DNA of 64,000 nt from Dendrobates tinctorius (taxonomy: Eukaryota): positions 22,382,001-22,446,000 of the forward strand of contig NW_027361698.1 in assembly GCF_039654945.1 (NCBI RefSeq), written 5' to 3'. Below, piece after piece: positions 24,897 through 38,185 of this stretch. The notes under the pieces were generated by a model that worked only from the letters and a program-made list of their open reading frames with translations, did no database searches and was not told the origin of the DNA. The position numbers and the translations under genes were made by a program. Each line of letters opens with the position of its first letter. The stretch's first letter is position 1.

Positions 24897-26919
24897 GTTA
24901 TAAACTCTGAATATTATAAAAACAAAATTTTTGAAATGTTGTCTGACTCCTCCACATATAAAAAACTGTCTACCAATCCGACATCATTATTTAAAATCAA
25001 GGTGAATAGAATTATCAATGATGGATTAATATTGGGAGTCTTGTCTAAAAAATCAAGCAGAATTTTTGGAAGTATCACGTCCTATTTTGCCCATATTACA
25101 TGTACTACATAAGATTCATAAACATGAAAGTTTTCCACCTATGAGACCAATAGTTTCCAGAATAGGTTTTGCTAATGAACATGTATGCAAATGGTTAGAT
25201 TCCTTGTTACAGCCACTCATCTGCAGAATCCCAGGTTATAATTAAAGATACTAAGGATGTTCTTGATGTTTTGTCTCATAAGGTTTGGTCATCTGAATAT
25301 ATTTGATTGTGTTGCGATGTCACGGCATTGTATAACTGCATACCACATACAATTGCTTTGCGGGCTTTAGAATTCCATCTTACCAAGTACAATAATTATT
25401 CCCATGATCTTATAAATTTTATCTTACAGGTTACATCTTTTTTGTTAACCCAAAACTTTTTTCCTTTGATCAACAATATTATTTACAATGCACTGGAGTG
25501 GCCATGGGTGGTAAGTTTTCACCTGGATTAGCAAATTTAGTCATGACTTTATAGGAATTTCAATGTCTGTTTTTGCTGTCTAATGATTTTTTTCTGACCT
25601 CTATTGTTTGGTATGGCAGACACATCAATGACACCTTGATCATTTGGACGGGCGATGTATCTGCCATACAGGACTTTGTGGATTACATCAATGTGAATGA
25701 GTATAATTTGAAATTCACACATGTCTACGACAAGCATCAAATTTCCTTTTTGGATCTTGAGTTGCGAGGGGTACACAATCAGTTAATTTCCACACAGACA
25801 TACTCTAAGCCAGTTAAAGGAAATACAATTCTACATGCAACCAACAGTCATCATAGACATACGATGAAATCGATTCCTGTTGGGAAAATATCAGGATCAA
25901 AAGAAATTGTACTAACAATGATGGCCTGAATAGCGAATTAAAACAATCTTGTGATAAATAAAAAAAAAGGAATTACCCTAATTGGATGATAAATAGGGCA
26001 TTAAATATAGTATCTGCTTAAAAACATGAAGATTTAATCTCCCAACAGACAAATCAAATTAATAAAAAGAATCAAGATTCTTCCAATAACAAATCATTTT
26101 TATGGTTTCAATTCAGTCCCCAAGTCTATAAAATTAGGAATATTATTAACAAATTAATACCTATATTACATGAGGATCCTATTTTGGTGTCGGTGTTGGA
26201 GCAAGGCTGTAATATAGTAGCAAGAAAAGCCCCAAAATTGGGTAACACGCTGTCCCCTAAAACATGGTTAAGTTGTAGGGGGTTGTTAGAAATGTGGGGG
26301 AACGAATTGCAGGACTTGCAAACAAATGATGAATGCTAAATCCTTCAAGAATTATGATAATATAATTTCATTTAATATAAAAGTTTATTAATTGAAACAC
26401 TTTTTTTTGTATATAAAATTGACTGTAACATTTGCAATAAGGCATATGTTGGTTGCACATCCAGAAAATTAAAAACACGCATAGCAGAGCATTTGTATGA
26501 CATATCTAACAGTACAAGTACTAGTGCCAATCGCAATGTCTCCTCAGTAGCCAAACACTTTATCAGTCATCAATCACGTAGCATTGATTCTTTTCAGGTA
26601 GTTGGTTTAGAACGGATCAATAGACCACCATGGGGTGGGGATATCAGAAGACGCCTACTTACCTGGGAAGCATATTGGATTTATAACCTGGGGACTAGGT
26701 TTCTGAATGGTCTCAAGAAACAGAATGAGATCATGTTTCACTACTAGTTCATATTCAAAGCATTATTTCATTTTTTCTTTTTATTTCATTATAATTATGT
26801 TCTAATATGTTTCTTTGTTATTTGTATTTGTTTATTTAATGTTTATTGTTCAGGGAATCTGACATTTGATTGGAGTCAGGTCCTTTTTATTGTTTTGTGA
26901 TTCAGATCGCAGCAGTCAT

Positions 26920-27490
26920 CGAAATCCCTAACCCTAACACAGCCCTAACCCCAAACCCAACCTTAACCCCCAACTGCAAAGAATGGAATTTTTTTTTTTT
27001 TATATTTTATAATATTTTGATTTACTATTTTTTTTAATTTTGATCACCATGATAGGGTATATCACAGTGATCAAAAAGAACCAATAGGAAAAATTTCCTA
27101 TTGTTGCCATTTAAGGGCTCACAGATCTCAACGAGCGCACTGCGAATGCGCCTGCCATTTTTTTTCCAGGATGTTAAAGGAGGGACTGAGGGATGGCGGA
27201 GGTAGCGGGTTGCTTCGGGAGGCATTTCTCTCTCCTCTGACATGTATATCATGTCAGAAGAGACAGAAATAATTGAAACAGCTAATGCACACTTTTTTTT
27301 TCTTGTGATCGCGAGATTTCCCGTCTCTGGGAGGTGCTACAGCCTCTATCCTTATTGCCTTTGAGGGATGAGGGAATAAGTACCCTTAGCGGTCGCCTTT
27401 TAATGGTATCAGCGATCATTAAGGGGTCAAGTGCATGTATAAACAAATGCTACAAGAGTCTTGATTTGAAAGAAAATGTGAATAGTTGTA
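26920..27490 (+). mobile_element. Right end of piggyBac-like non-autonomous element, copy 1 (includes CCCTAA-like repeats)
   Basis: Ends ATTAAGGGGTCAA; repeated, with flanking DNA, at 28730-29310. Confidence 0.6.
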
Positions 27491-27562
27491 TGAGAAGTTA
27501 GGCGATAGGCCAATCTATGGAAATGTGTTTTTAGATCACACTAAAATCTGTTGGTATTGGGA

Positions 27563-27836
27563 ATTAGACTGTAGACTGTGAGCCCTTGCGGGCAGAGTCC
27601 TCCTTCCCTCTGTACTTGCGTGTTTATTGTACTTGTCTATGTATGCCCCTCTTCACATGTAAAGCGCCATGGAATAAATGGCGCTATAAAAATGAATAAT
27701 AATAATAATAATAATTAATCAAACTGTCCTAGATAGTGCATTCTAGAGAATTGGCACAAAATGCAAAAGTAACACGATAGTTTAGTAAGAGAGAGACCAA
27801 TTAGTAAAGAGTTGCAATAGTCCAGATGAGAATGAC
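27563..27836. mobile_element. L2-type LINE 3' tail (+) joined to a short L2 RT fragment (-)
   Basis: GACTGTGAGCCC...TGTAAAGCGCCATGGAATAAATGGCGCTATA then (AAT)n. 27780-27836 matches the L2 piece at 58325-58383. Confidence 0.65.
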
Positions 27837-27891
27837 TGTCATACACGCAGGTGGCACACGTGGTTTGCGGAACCACGGGGCCAAGCTTACC

Positions 27892-28711
27892 TGTTATGAT
27901 GAGTCACCAAAGGAGGAAAAAACAAAATACCAGCTAAGTCCAGAAAAACCAGAGAGGTTGGTAGCTATCGGATTGCAAACCCCTGAACCTATCCACAACA
28001 ACTAGCAGTAGCCGTGGGGGGTTCCTATGGTGCCCTAGACCCCTCGATCACAGCCGGAGAGCTACATAGCCTAAAGACAGAAAGGTGAAAAACTAAACTT
28101 CCCCAGAGCAGACCCCAAAGCAATAGGCAGCCCCCAACATATAATGACGGTGAAGCAAGATGAAAACACTAACACAGATAGAAAGATAGGTTGAGCAAAT
28201 GATGGGGCCCAAGCTAACTACATAGGACAGGATAGGAAAGCTGCTGTCTGCCATCCGCAAAAACCCTATCAAAATGAGCCAACCGACTGATAGGAAAAAC
28301 AGGCCCTGAAGTCGCTAGGCTTCAAAAGACTATATCAGCACTCAGGTATATTCTGAAGACAGAGCAAAAGATCAACCGATCAGAGACAAAAATGGAATTC
28401 AGCTCACCCCCGGCCGGGGATGGCAGAACTCCCAAAAAACAAGGCAAGACGAAAACAAAACTGAAGAGTACAAAGCAGAGCAGAAAAACTTAGCTTTGAG
28501 ATGCAGGAATCAGACTGGTCTCCAAGAATCCAGCAGGAAAATCACCAGCCAGGAAGAAGGGCGTCGGCAGCCTTATATCCAGTCCTCAATTCCAGCCACC
28601 CAGTTATCATCTAGCTGCCCAGGTGTTTGGTAATCAGTCTCACTACCTTCCTTCACCAGAGGAGGGAGTTCATCAGACCTCAATGGTGAAGGGAAAAATG
28701 AACTCACAACA
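27892..28711. mobile_element. Solo LTR (820 bp)
   Basis: TGTTATGA...TCACAACA termini; CTTACC duplicated on both sides (27886-27891, 28712-28717). Confidence 0.8.
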
Positions 28712-28729
28712 CTTACCTAGGAGGGGCAT

Positions 28730-29310
28730 AACTAACCCCAACTGAAAAGAATTGAAAAAATGTGTTTTTTTAATTTTATAATTTTTATCTAATTAAGGGG
28801 GTGACAAAGGGCAATTTGATTTACTATTTTTTTTTTTTCATTTTGATCACCATGATAGGGTATATCACAGTTATCAAAAGGAACCAATAGGAAAGATTTC
28901 CTATTGTTGTCATTTATGGGCTTTCAGATCTTGGCGAGCGCACTGCTTATGCGCCCACCATTTTTTTTCCAAGAAGATGACGCCAAGCTGGGGGACTGAT
29001 CAGGAAGGACTGGGAGATCGCGGCGGTACCAGGTTAGTTCGGAGAACATCATTTTTCTCTCCCCTGACATGTATATCATGTCAGAAGAGACAGAAATAAC
29101 TGAAACAGCTGATAGACATTTTTGTGATCGCGATATTTCCTGTGTCTGGGGGGCGCTACATGCTTATGCCTTATTGCCGTTAAGGGATGAGGGAATAAGT
29201 ACCCTTAGCAGCTGCTGTTTTAATGGTATGGGTGGTCATTAAGGGGTCAAGTGCGTGCATAAACAAATGTTACAAGGTTCCTGATTTGAAAGAAAATGTG
29301 AATAGTTGTA
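28730..29310 (+). mobile_element. Right end of piggyBac-like non-autonomous element, copy 2
   Basis: Colinear similarity to 26960-27490 including the downstream flank. Confidence 0.6.
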
Positions 29311-30045
29311 TAGGTGCATCTCACAAACTTAGAATATAATTAAAAGTTAATTTATTTCAGTTCTTCAAAACAAAAAGTGAAACTCATATATAAAGTCATT
29401 ACAAACAGAGTGATGTATTTCAAGTGTTTATTTCTGTTAATGTTGATGATTATGGCTTATAGCCAATGAAAACCCAAAAGTCATTATCTCAGTAAATTAG
29501 AATACTTTATAACACTAGCTTGAAAAAATGATTTTAAAATCCAAAATGTTGGCTTACTGAAATGTATATTCAGTAAATGCACTCAATACTTGGTCCGGGC
29601 TCCTTTGGCATCAATTACTGCATCAATGCGGCATGGCATGGAGGCGATCGGCCTATGGCACTGCTGAGGTGTTATGGAAGCCCACGTTGCTTGATAGCAG
29701 CCTTCAGCTCATCTGCATTGTGGGGTCTGGTGTCTCTCATCTTCCTCTTTACAATAGCCCATAGATTCTCTATGAGGTTAAGGTCAGGTGAGTTTGCTGG
29801 CCAACCAACCACAGTGATACTGTTGTTTTTAAATCAGGTATTGGTACTTTTGACAGTGTGAACAGGTGCCAAGTCCTGCTGGAGAATGAAATTTCCATCT
29901 CCAAAAAGCTTCTTGGCAGAGGGAAGCATGAAGTGCTCTAAAATGTCCTGGTAGACGGCTGCACTGACTTTGGTCTTGATGAAGCACAGTGGACCTACAC
30001 CAGCAGATGATATGTCTCCCGAAACCATTGTTGATTACTTGTGGA
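29311..30045 (-). mobile_element. Truncated Tc1 transposon (one TIR plus transposase C-terminal remnant)
   Basis: Starts TAGGTGCATCTCAC; SSAGVGPLCFIK..V.AAVYQDILEHFMLP...ILQQDLAPVHT. Confidence 0.85.
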
Positions 30046-30304
30046 TATCTTTTATCAAGACAAAAGTCAGCGCAGCCCAGAGGCATATTTAGGGGTTCAG
30101 CTCCGGGGGGTCGAAAAATCTGAGTGGGCCTCTAATCGGTAACCCTGATTACAACTCAGGTGGTGCACTCTAGTCGTGGGTATAGGAGAACCTCAGCAGA
30201 TGACCGTGCTGTAACTGAAAAAATCTCTATACAAAAAGCAATACTGATATTACTGCCATATGGTGACCTCATAGTGGTAGTTTACAATACAGTTACAGAC
30301 CCAT

Positions 30305-31228
30305 TGTGCCGCAGGGCCGGGCTTTCATAGGAGGGGCATAACTAACTACCTGGTTTTCACTGAAGCTCCTGATCCTGGAGTCAGGCTTGAACTGCAGGTA
30401 GCCACCAGGTACAACTCCTAGTCAGTCCCCAGTACTGGAGCTGCATATCGCAGGGGTCAACCTCGCTGTCACAGGCTCTATTCAGACTACACAGGTTCTG
30501 GATCTTTGACTAAAATGGATTCTAACATGGAGCCACAGACGGGGATGTATTTGAATACTGGAACAGGCTCCAACAGTATGGACTCTGGAACACTGAATGA
30601 TACAGGTCTAGGATCTAGTTCTTATGTAATGGTTACAGGATTCAGGTACCGCAGATACGGCTTCAGTGTTCAGGTACCTCTAGTGCAGCTTTAGGGTTCA
30701 GGTACCACCTATGTGGTTTCAGGGTTTAGGTACAGCCAGTGCACCTTCAGGGTTCAGGTCCCGCTGGTGCTGCTTCAGGGTTAAGATACCTCCAGTTGTG
30801 GCTTGGCCTTAAGGGATCGCCAGGTGTGGTTTCAAGTTCAGGCCTTGGCCACATAAGGACCAGGGGATCAGTTTCATGTTCAACTACACGGGATACTAGG
30901 ACTGGGGACATGGCAACATATAGTTGGACACACTAAATAAGGAATTACAGGGGTTTCTCAGGCACCTCCCTACTGGGAAGGGTGCCTTTTATACAAGTTA
31001 CCAACCAACTATTGGCTTGGGTCATTTTCAACCTATACACTCTGCCTCTTTAAAACTAGGAGAGCATGTGCGCATTAGGTGCTTTGCAGGGAAGTTTGTG
31101 CAGTTTGCACAGGAAACAGGAGAGATAAAGACATGGAGGTCATTGCACAGCCAGAGAGGTGAATATGTCAGCATCTCTACATGGAGGGGGAAAGGGAACC
31201 ATGCAGGGGTGCCGGCATTGATGCTACA
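30305..31228. mobile_element. Possible degenerate LTR with ~30-bp internal repeats
   Basis: TGTG...TACA termini and repeated CTTCAGGGTTCAGGTAC units at 30635-30845; no TSD found. Confidence 0.35.
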
Positions 31229-31962
31229 ATGAGTAAGAGCAACAGAAAGAGTTTTTGCAAGGTGTGAAAAGGTTGAATTCTACTGATGTTTTTGAGGTGT
31301 AGGTGACATGAGCTAGCAAGTGAATGAATGTAGCTCGTGAATGAAAGATCTGAATCAAATATGACCCCAAGACAGAGAGCATGTTATTCGGGAGTAATGT
31401 TAGAACCACATATGGAAATGATATATTGGGTATAGGTAGGTTAGCAGAGGAAGGAAACACAAGGAGTTGAGTTTTTGATAGTTTTAGATAGAAGGAGGGC
31501 ATAATGTTAGAGACAATGGAAAGGCAATCATTGGTATTTTGTAGTAATGCAGGGGTGATGTTAGGAGACAATGTGTATAATTGTTTTTTTTCAGCATAGA
31601 GATGGTACTGAGAAACCAAATCTACTGATGGTTTGTCCAATAGGGGCAGAATATAAGGAGTAGAGGAAGTGACCAAGAACTGAGCCCTGAGGAATCCTGA
31701 CAGTAAAGGGAAGAGGAGAGGAAGAGGAGCCAGCAAAAGATACAGTGGAGGGGTAGGAGGAGAACCAAGAGACAGCAATATTCTTAAGGCCGGTAGAGCG
31801 GAGCATATTGAGGAGGAGCTGGTGATTCACAGTGGCAAATGCTGCAGAGAGATCCAGGAGAATCAGCAGGGAGCAGTGACCATTAGATTTAGATGTTAGT
31901 AGATCATTAGAGACTTTAGTAAGGACAGTTTCAGTGGAGTGTAAGGAGCACAAACCAGATTA
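31229..31962 (-). pseudogene. L2-clade LINE reverse transcriptase fragment
   Basis: HSTETVLTKVSNDLL...LILLDLSAAFATVNH, PQGSVLG, YHLYAEKKQLY, LKLSKTQLL. Confidence 0.9.
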
Positions 31963-31964
31963 AA

Positions 31965-33280
31965 AGGGTCAAGTTGAGCTTTTTTTATGAGAGATGGCCT
32001 CACATTTGACTCTAGACTACTTTGGTATTAAGATTACAGATGAGTTCATGTTGGACTCAAGGCCTGCAAGATGTGAGGTACTGTGGCTGTAAAACAAGCC
32101 CAAATCATCAACCCTTCAGAATTGCGCTTGACAGTTGGTATCATGTTTGTACTGATATGCTGTGTTTGTTTTTTGCCAAACATAATGCTGAGCATTATTA
32201 TCAAAGATCTCTACCTTATGTTTTTTGCTGTCCAATGGAAATTGTTCCATGAATCTTGTGGTGTGTTCAGATGCTAGTTTTTTTCTAATTGTACAGTCAT
32301 GGACTTGAACATTTTACACTTTACTAAGGCCTTTGTATTCTGAGCTGCAGTTCTTGGGTTTTTGTGCAATTCCTCTGTGCATCGCTTGTTCTGGACTTGC
32401 TAAATAATAATATTAATAATATTATTAAATAATAGTAATAATATTTTAGAGTGTAAAAGTATGGACTTTAAATTGCTTGGAAATTGATTTTTTATAAAAC
32501 TCCCCATTTGATAGGCAGAAAAGATTGCTTCACGAAGAACCTTACTGATGTCTTTCTTCATTGACATTATGTTAACACACATATGAATGCTGTAGCAGCA
32601 AACTAGAAAAAGATATTTCCAGCTCGTGGTGACATTTCTTTAAACTTTATTCCATCATAGATAGAAAAATATAATTCTGATGCAAAGCATAAATGCAGAA
32701 AGCAATGTGTTTCAAATGGATTCAACCATTGTTTGTCAGAGAACGGTTGATCCGTTCGAAACGCATCGCTTTCTGCCTTTCTGATTTATATCAGAATGAT
32801 ATTTTTTAATCTATGATGGAATAAAGTTTAAAGAAATTTTACCACGAGCTGGAAATATCTTTTTTCTAGTTTTTCTCATCGCACGAATATTCAGATCGTG
32901 AGTTCCCTATACACTGGACTATGACAATGGGTGAGCTGGCATAACATTTTTCTACTTACTCTAGCAGCAAACTGCCAAATTTATGCTTTTAAAGAGGTGG
33001 TCACTCTTGCTGTTGAAAAATTAATCAATGGAATTTGATTAGTAAGCACTGGTTATTGCCTACCCTCTTAATACCTGCAGTAGGGGTGTACTGAACACTT
33101 TACATACTTCTGCATTTTCCCTAGTTTTTGTTAAATATAGCAACACAGTATAGTTTGTCATGTGTAGTTGTTCTTCTGAGGTTGCACTTAGCCTAATAAA
33201 GACCAGATATATTTTTTTAAATTATGTCCTGATTCGTAAAACCATAGAATTAAAAATGGTGTACTTAGTTTTTCTCATGA
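31965..33280 (-). mobile_element. Highly degenerate Tc1 remnant interrupted by a small foldback insertion
   Basis: Tc1-like remnants such as AAACAAGCCCAAATCATCA and AATTGCTTGGAAAT; no intact ORF. Confidence 0.45.
32605..32961 (+). mobile_element. PLE pLTR-derived mini-insertion with 5' inversion, partial hammerhead and 12-bp TSD
   Basis: TAGCAGCAAACT flanks both sides (~32593, ~32962). 32600-32730 is inverted to 32744-32873. GAACGG ttgat CCGTTC GAAACGCATC at 32741-32767. GGTGAGCTGGC at 32930 also occurs in the pLTR at 21942. Confidence 0.75.
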
Positions 33281-34184
33281 TTGCACAGAAAAATCTAGCT
33301 AGAAACAATAAGTGCTGTAATGTTCATTATTTTGAAGCAGTTCAAGGATCAAATCATTGCAAATCAACTACCACAGACTAACATTTTTTATACTCTATTA
33401 AATGACATCATTTTTCAGATTATTAATGAATTGAAATATGACATATTCAGTTATCCAAAGAAAGGGGCTCTAAAACCTGTTTTTATAACTGGTTTATGGG
33501 CCGCATAGCTACAATGTGCACACAGAACAGGCTTCTTTCAGGATTGTGCAAGCTCTTTGTGGTATCAAATACATTGAGTTTGTGGTCTGTGGTTGTACTT
33601 TTTCATAACGTAAAATAAGAAATGCTATACATCATTTTAAACTTGTTCTCTATATATGATTTGTACACGAGCGCTGAAACTAATCCTGAATAATTTATGA
33701 GGTTACATTTTTGTGCCACTTTTCCAAAATTGCTCCAGTATTTTTAACAGTAGATCATGAGTAATAATAGTATCCAAATGTAAAATTTGTAAATGTATTA
33801 ATTGAAAATAATGACTATAGATGATTTGAGCACAATATACTAGCTATGTACAATGAAACAGTTTACAATTAAGTTGCTATTGAAGCTCAAAAAATACTTT
33901 GGCTTTTTTGATCTTTTGGTGCTGTATATAGTGTAGTTTGAATATGAGTCCAGTAGTCCAGTCTATTATAATTGCCAGTCAAAGAAAACTGTTATAAGAA
34001 ATGGAAGCTGAATAGCAGTGAACTTCTCAGCCACCAGTTGATGGTTTCTGATTGCAAAATCAGCAGTTTGGTGAGAGAAGGCTTTACTCAGGTCCTTTTC
34101 CTTGTAGCCTTTCTTTTTAAAGGCAAACGGAAAATGGTGTGAACCAGTGCCTGGAGGATGGGAACCATTTGTTTTTCACTATAA

Positions 34185-34336
34185 GGCCGGCATCACACTA
34201 CCGTGTGTGATGCGAGAAACTCGAGTCTCTCTCATTAACACGCAGCTCCGGTCGGAGTGCAGGTGGGAGCGCCGGGTGTTGATGCGAGAGACTCGTTCGA
34301 GTTTCTCGCATCACACACATCATTGTGATCCCAGCC
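34185..34336. mobile_element. Harbinger-type MITE (152 bp)
   Basis: GGCCGGCATCACA / TGTGATCCCAGCC; TAA TSD. Confidence 0.75.
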
Positions 34337-36774
34337 TAAGTGTAACAGGTTCATTTTCAATAAAATTTACCCAACTCATTCAACTTCGTTACAGATACCG
34401 TCCAACAGTCTTCATATGTCATGCATGCTCCTTCTGCTAAGCTGTCCCTGGTTCTTCCTATTAACATGTAATCTGGTAACGTGGTCTCCATTCCGCAGCT
34501 TCTGGATCACTGGTCTATCTTGTCCCTGGTGCTCCCTGTCCACTTTCCCCATCTTGGGCAAAACTACAGGATACAGGATGCCACTGCCAATTCCTGTTGG
34601 ACTGTAGGTCCCAGACGTCACGGTAATTATCCAAAGGCCAAACTGCTGATTCCCTCCAGCTGCTCAGATCCACATGCACTCTGAAGACAGGCATAATACA
34701 CTTCTCCAACTTAAATTCTTCTCCTCAAGAAAAACCATCTCTCTCTAGAATTTCCCGATCACTGTCAGCCAACTCCTCCCACTCGCTAGCTACCCATTGG
34801 CTAACTATTCCTGTCTTATCTGACATCGAAATCTGAATCTGACTCTAGAGAGCCCCCATTGTCCTAAACCCTACATAACCCTTACTGAACACTAAACCTA
34901 ACTGTATAACTACATATCCCTACCTCTATCCCTCACACCTAGAGACATACTGTGTATATATAATCAAATGCTACAACATTACATGGTACACATAATGAAT
35001 TTCAATTAATCAAATAAACTTGGTTTCCAGAGACTTAGTAATTAAAAAATGCATAAGGCGTGTGGTAAGGTACTTGGAAGTAGAAGTGCTGATGATGGTG
35101 CATGCAGACGATGAGGAAGTAGGGCAGGTGTGACTGTGGCTGTTGCTGGAGCACAAGCAGCACGCCCATGTACGACACATAGCTTCCTGTCACACTTTGC
35201 AGGGTAACAAGGGACACCACTTCAGAAGCCACACCAGTGCAAACAGGTGGTTGGTTGGATAAGAGATAATGCTTCCAGTATGCTTACCAGCACCACCCAG
35301 TCTTCCACACCATCCAGTCTCACTATGCAAGAGTCTGGATCACTTAAGCCTCAGCCTGATTTTCCTTGCTCCCACCATATTGAGTCCCAGGAGACCAGTG
35401 ATTCCACACTAAATCACACCGAGGAGTTCTTTACATCAGCATTTCTAGATTGTGGTCTCTCATCCTGCATGTTCCAAGAGGGACAGGAGGACATGCTGTT
35501 TAGTCATGCACAAAACTTAGAGCAGCTACGGTCACAAGAAGATTATGATAGGGTACGATAAATTTTGTCTAAGGAGGTACAAGATGATAAGACACGGTTG
35601 CTGATAAGTCAAGTTGTTGGTAATATGGATGAGTGAGCACTAAATGCTAAGGTGCTCATTGCTTGAACTGAGCAATTCCTAATATTCACAAATTTGTTTT
35701 GAGTAATGAGTATAATGGGTGTTAACAGTGAAACTGAGCTTTTTTCCAGGAGACCCTACAAAGAGGTCTGGGGGGACAGTGAAAATGTTCAAATGGATGG
35801 GAAAAGTGCAGAATGGAAGGAGAACAGCATGAGGAAGACCCATGGAAGCATCTCTGACTCCGAGATCGCTGCTGAGAACAATGGTGCCACACTTTTGCTC
35901 CACTTAAAAGAGTGACAAAAAAATTCCAAATCAGCGAGAAATTGCATTTTACTGGAATAAAAAGTTAAACATTTTTTTCTGTATCATGACTTGTATTTAA
36001 GGCAAAATCAAGGGTATGGGCACACGCTGAGTAAAATTTCTTCTCCATTTCTACACCTCTTGGCAGGAAAAGTGCAGCAGCAAAAGCGTGCATTTTTGGT
36101 ACATTTTTGCAACGTTTTTCGTGCCTTCTTGCCCTGTGTTTTTGGTTGATTTGAATGAAGTCAATGTTGAAAAATGCAGGGAAAAAGCGCACAAAGAATT
36201 CACATAATGCAGATTATTTTCTGCACCAAATCTGAAAGTCAAAAATACTTAACGTATGCACGACACACTAGGTTTCTCATTCACTTTGCTGTCAACAAGT
36301 TTTGCATCAAATTTGCGATGAAAAAAGTTTTTTGAGGCTTATATAGCAGCGAAATCTCAACTCTATGGATGAGCAATATAATACCGATAAATTTTTAAAC
36401 AAGTTTTTTGAGGGTTATATACCAGCGAAATGTAACAGAATAGTCTATAGGTGAGCAATATTATTATTTATTATTACAGTGCCATTTATTCCATGGTGCT
36501 TTACATGTGAGGAGGGGTATACATAATAAATACAAATACAATAATCTTAAACAATACAAGTCACGACTAGTGTTGAGCATTCCGATACTGCAAATATCGG
36601 GTATCGGCCGATATTCACTGTATCGGAATTCCGATACCGAGTACCAATATTTTTACAATATCGGATACCGGAATCGGAAGTTTGCATAATGCAATGAGCC
36701 AGTGTTGTGGCTGTGATTGGCTGCTGAAATGATGTCATCATGATGCGCGGTCTGTGCGCATCATGATGCGCAGT

Positions 36775-37045
36775 GTGTGCGGGCCTACCGGGGGTCTGTG
36801 CGGGCCTGCCGGGGGTCTGTGCGGGCTGCCGGGGGTCTGTGCGGGCTGCCGGGGGTCTGTGCGGGCCTGCAGGGGGTCTGTACGGGCCTGCAGGGGGTCT
36901 GTACGGGCCTGCTAGGGGTCTGTGTGGGCCTGCCGGGGGTCTGTGCGGGCCTGCCGGGGGTCTGTGCGGGCTGCCGGGGGTCTGTGCGGGCCTGCCGGGG
37001 GTCTGTACGGGCCTGCCGGGGGTCTGTGCGGGCCTGCCGGGGGTT
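36775..37045. repeat. 20/21-bp GC-rich minisatellite GGGGGTCTGTGCGGGC(C)TGCC
   Basis: About 13 copies; shorter inverted copy at 39619-39690. Confidence 0.95.
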
Positions 37046-37200
37046 GTGTGTGTGTGCAAGCATCGTCCGATGGGACTACAAGTCCCATTGGGCTATGCCT
37101 GCTACAATGACAGTGATTGACACATTAGCCAATGATGGGATAGTTGTAGTCCCATCATCCGGCTAATGTGTTGAATGTAAAAAAAAACAAAAAAAACAAA

Positions 37201-37700
37201 CATACATACTACATACATACTACATATATACAACATTCATACAACATACATACATACTACATACATACTACATATATACTACATTCATACAACATACATA
37301 CATATATACTACATTCATACAACATGCATACATACATATATACTACATTCATACAACATACATACATACTACATACATACTGCATACTACATATATACTA
37401 CATTCATACAACATACATACATACTACATATATACTACATTCATACAACATACATGCATACATACATACTACATTCATACAACATACATACATATATACT
37501 ACATTCATTCAACATACATACATACATACTACATATATACTACATTCATATACCATACATACATACTACATTTATACTACATTCATACAACATACATACT
37601 ACATACATACTACATTCACACTGCATACATACTACATACATACTACATACAATACATTCATACAATACATACAGTACATATAGACATACAGTACATATAA
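37201..37700. repeat. Compound CATA/TACA microsatellite
   Basis: Seen directly. Confidence 0.95.
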
Positions 37701-38185
37701 CATAGAGTACATACTCACCATCACTTGTCACTTTGATCCCCGAAGCCAGTGTCATCTTTAAAAAATATTAAAATAACAAACAAGTGATATACTCTCTGAT
37801 CCGCAGAAATCCACGAGTGTCCCACGACGATCTCCTGCACTGCATCACTGAGAGGTTACTATAGTTCACTGGTCTCACTTTATGGCAAAAGCTGCGTGGG
37901 AACTTTCCCACACAGCAATGCCAAAAGTGAGACTAGGGACTATTTTTTTGCAGTGGCGGAGGAATACAGTGCGGAAGGATACCTACCTCCCATCATTGTA
38001 TTCCTGGGGCCCCTAGAGAGCGGTGGTATCAGCTGATGCTGCTGTTCTCCACGGGAGTTCGTCGTGGGACACTTGTGGATTTCTGCGGATCAGGGAGTAT
38101 ATCGCTTGTTTGTTATTTTAATATTTTTTAAAGATGACACTGGCTTCGGGGATCAAAGTGACAAGTGATAGTGAGTATGTACTCT

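Larger units (their letters stand above)
21598..26905 (+). mobile_element. Near-full-length degenerate Penelope-like element with terminal direct repeats (pLTR), split by a solo LTR
   Basis: TTTATTTAATGTTT...GGGAATCTGACATTTGATTGGAGT...GTGATTCAG occurs at ~21598-21726 and ~26831-26905. RT remnants VLNLSSRNLT, MRPIVS, CDVTALYNCIPH, YGRHINDTLIIW, ISFLDL. GIY-YIG remnant VYKIDC..C.KAYVGCT.RKLKTRIAEH. Confidence 0.9.

Noticed and set aside
23719-24910. Cys/Pro-rich ORFs up to 276 aa
   Set aside because: Translations of minisatellites inside a solo LTR.
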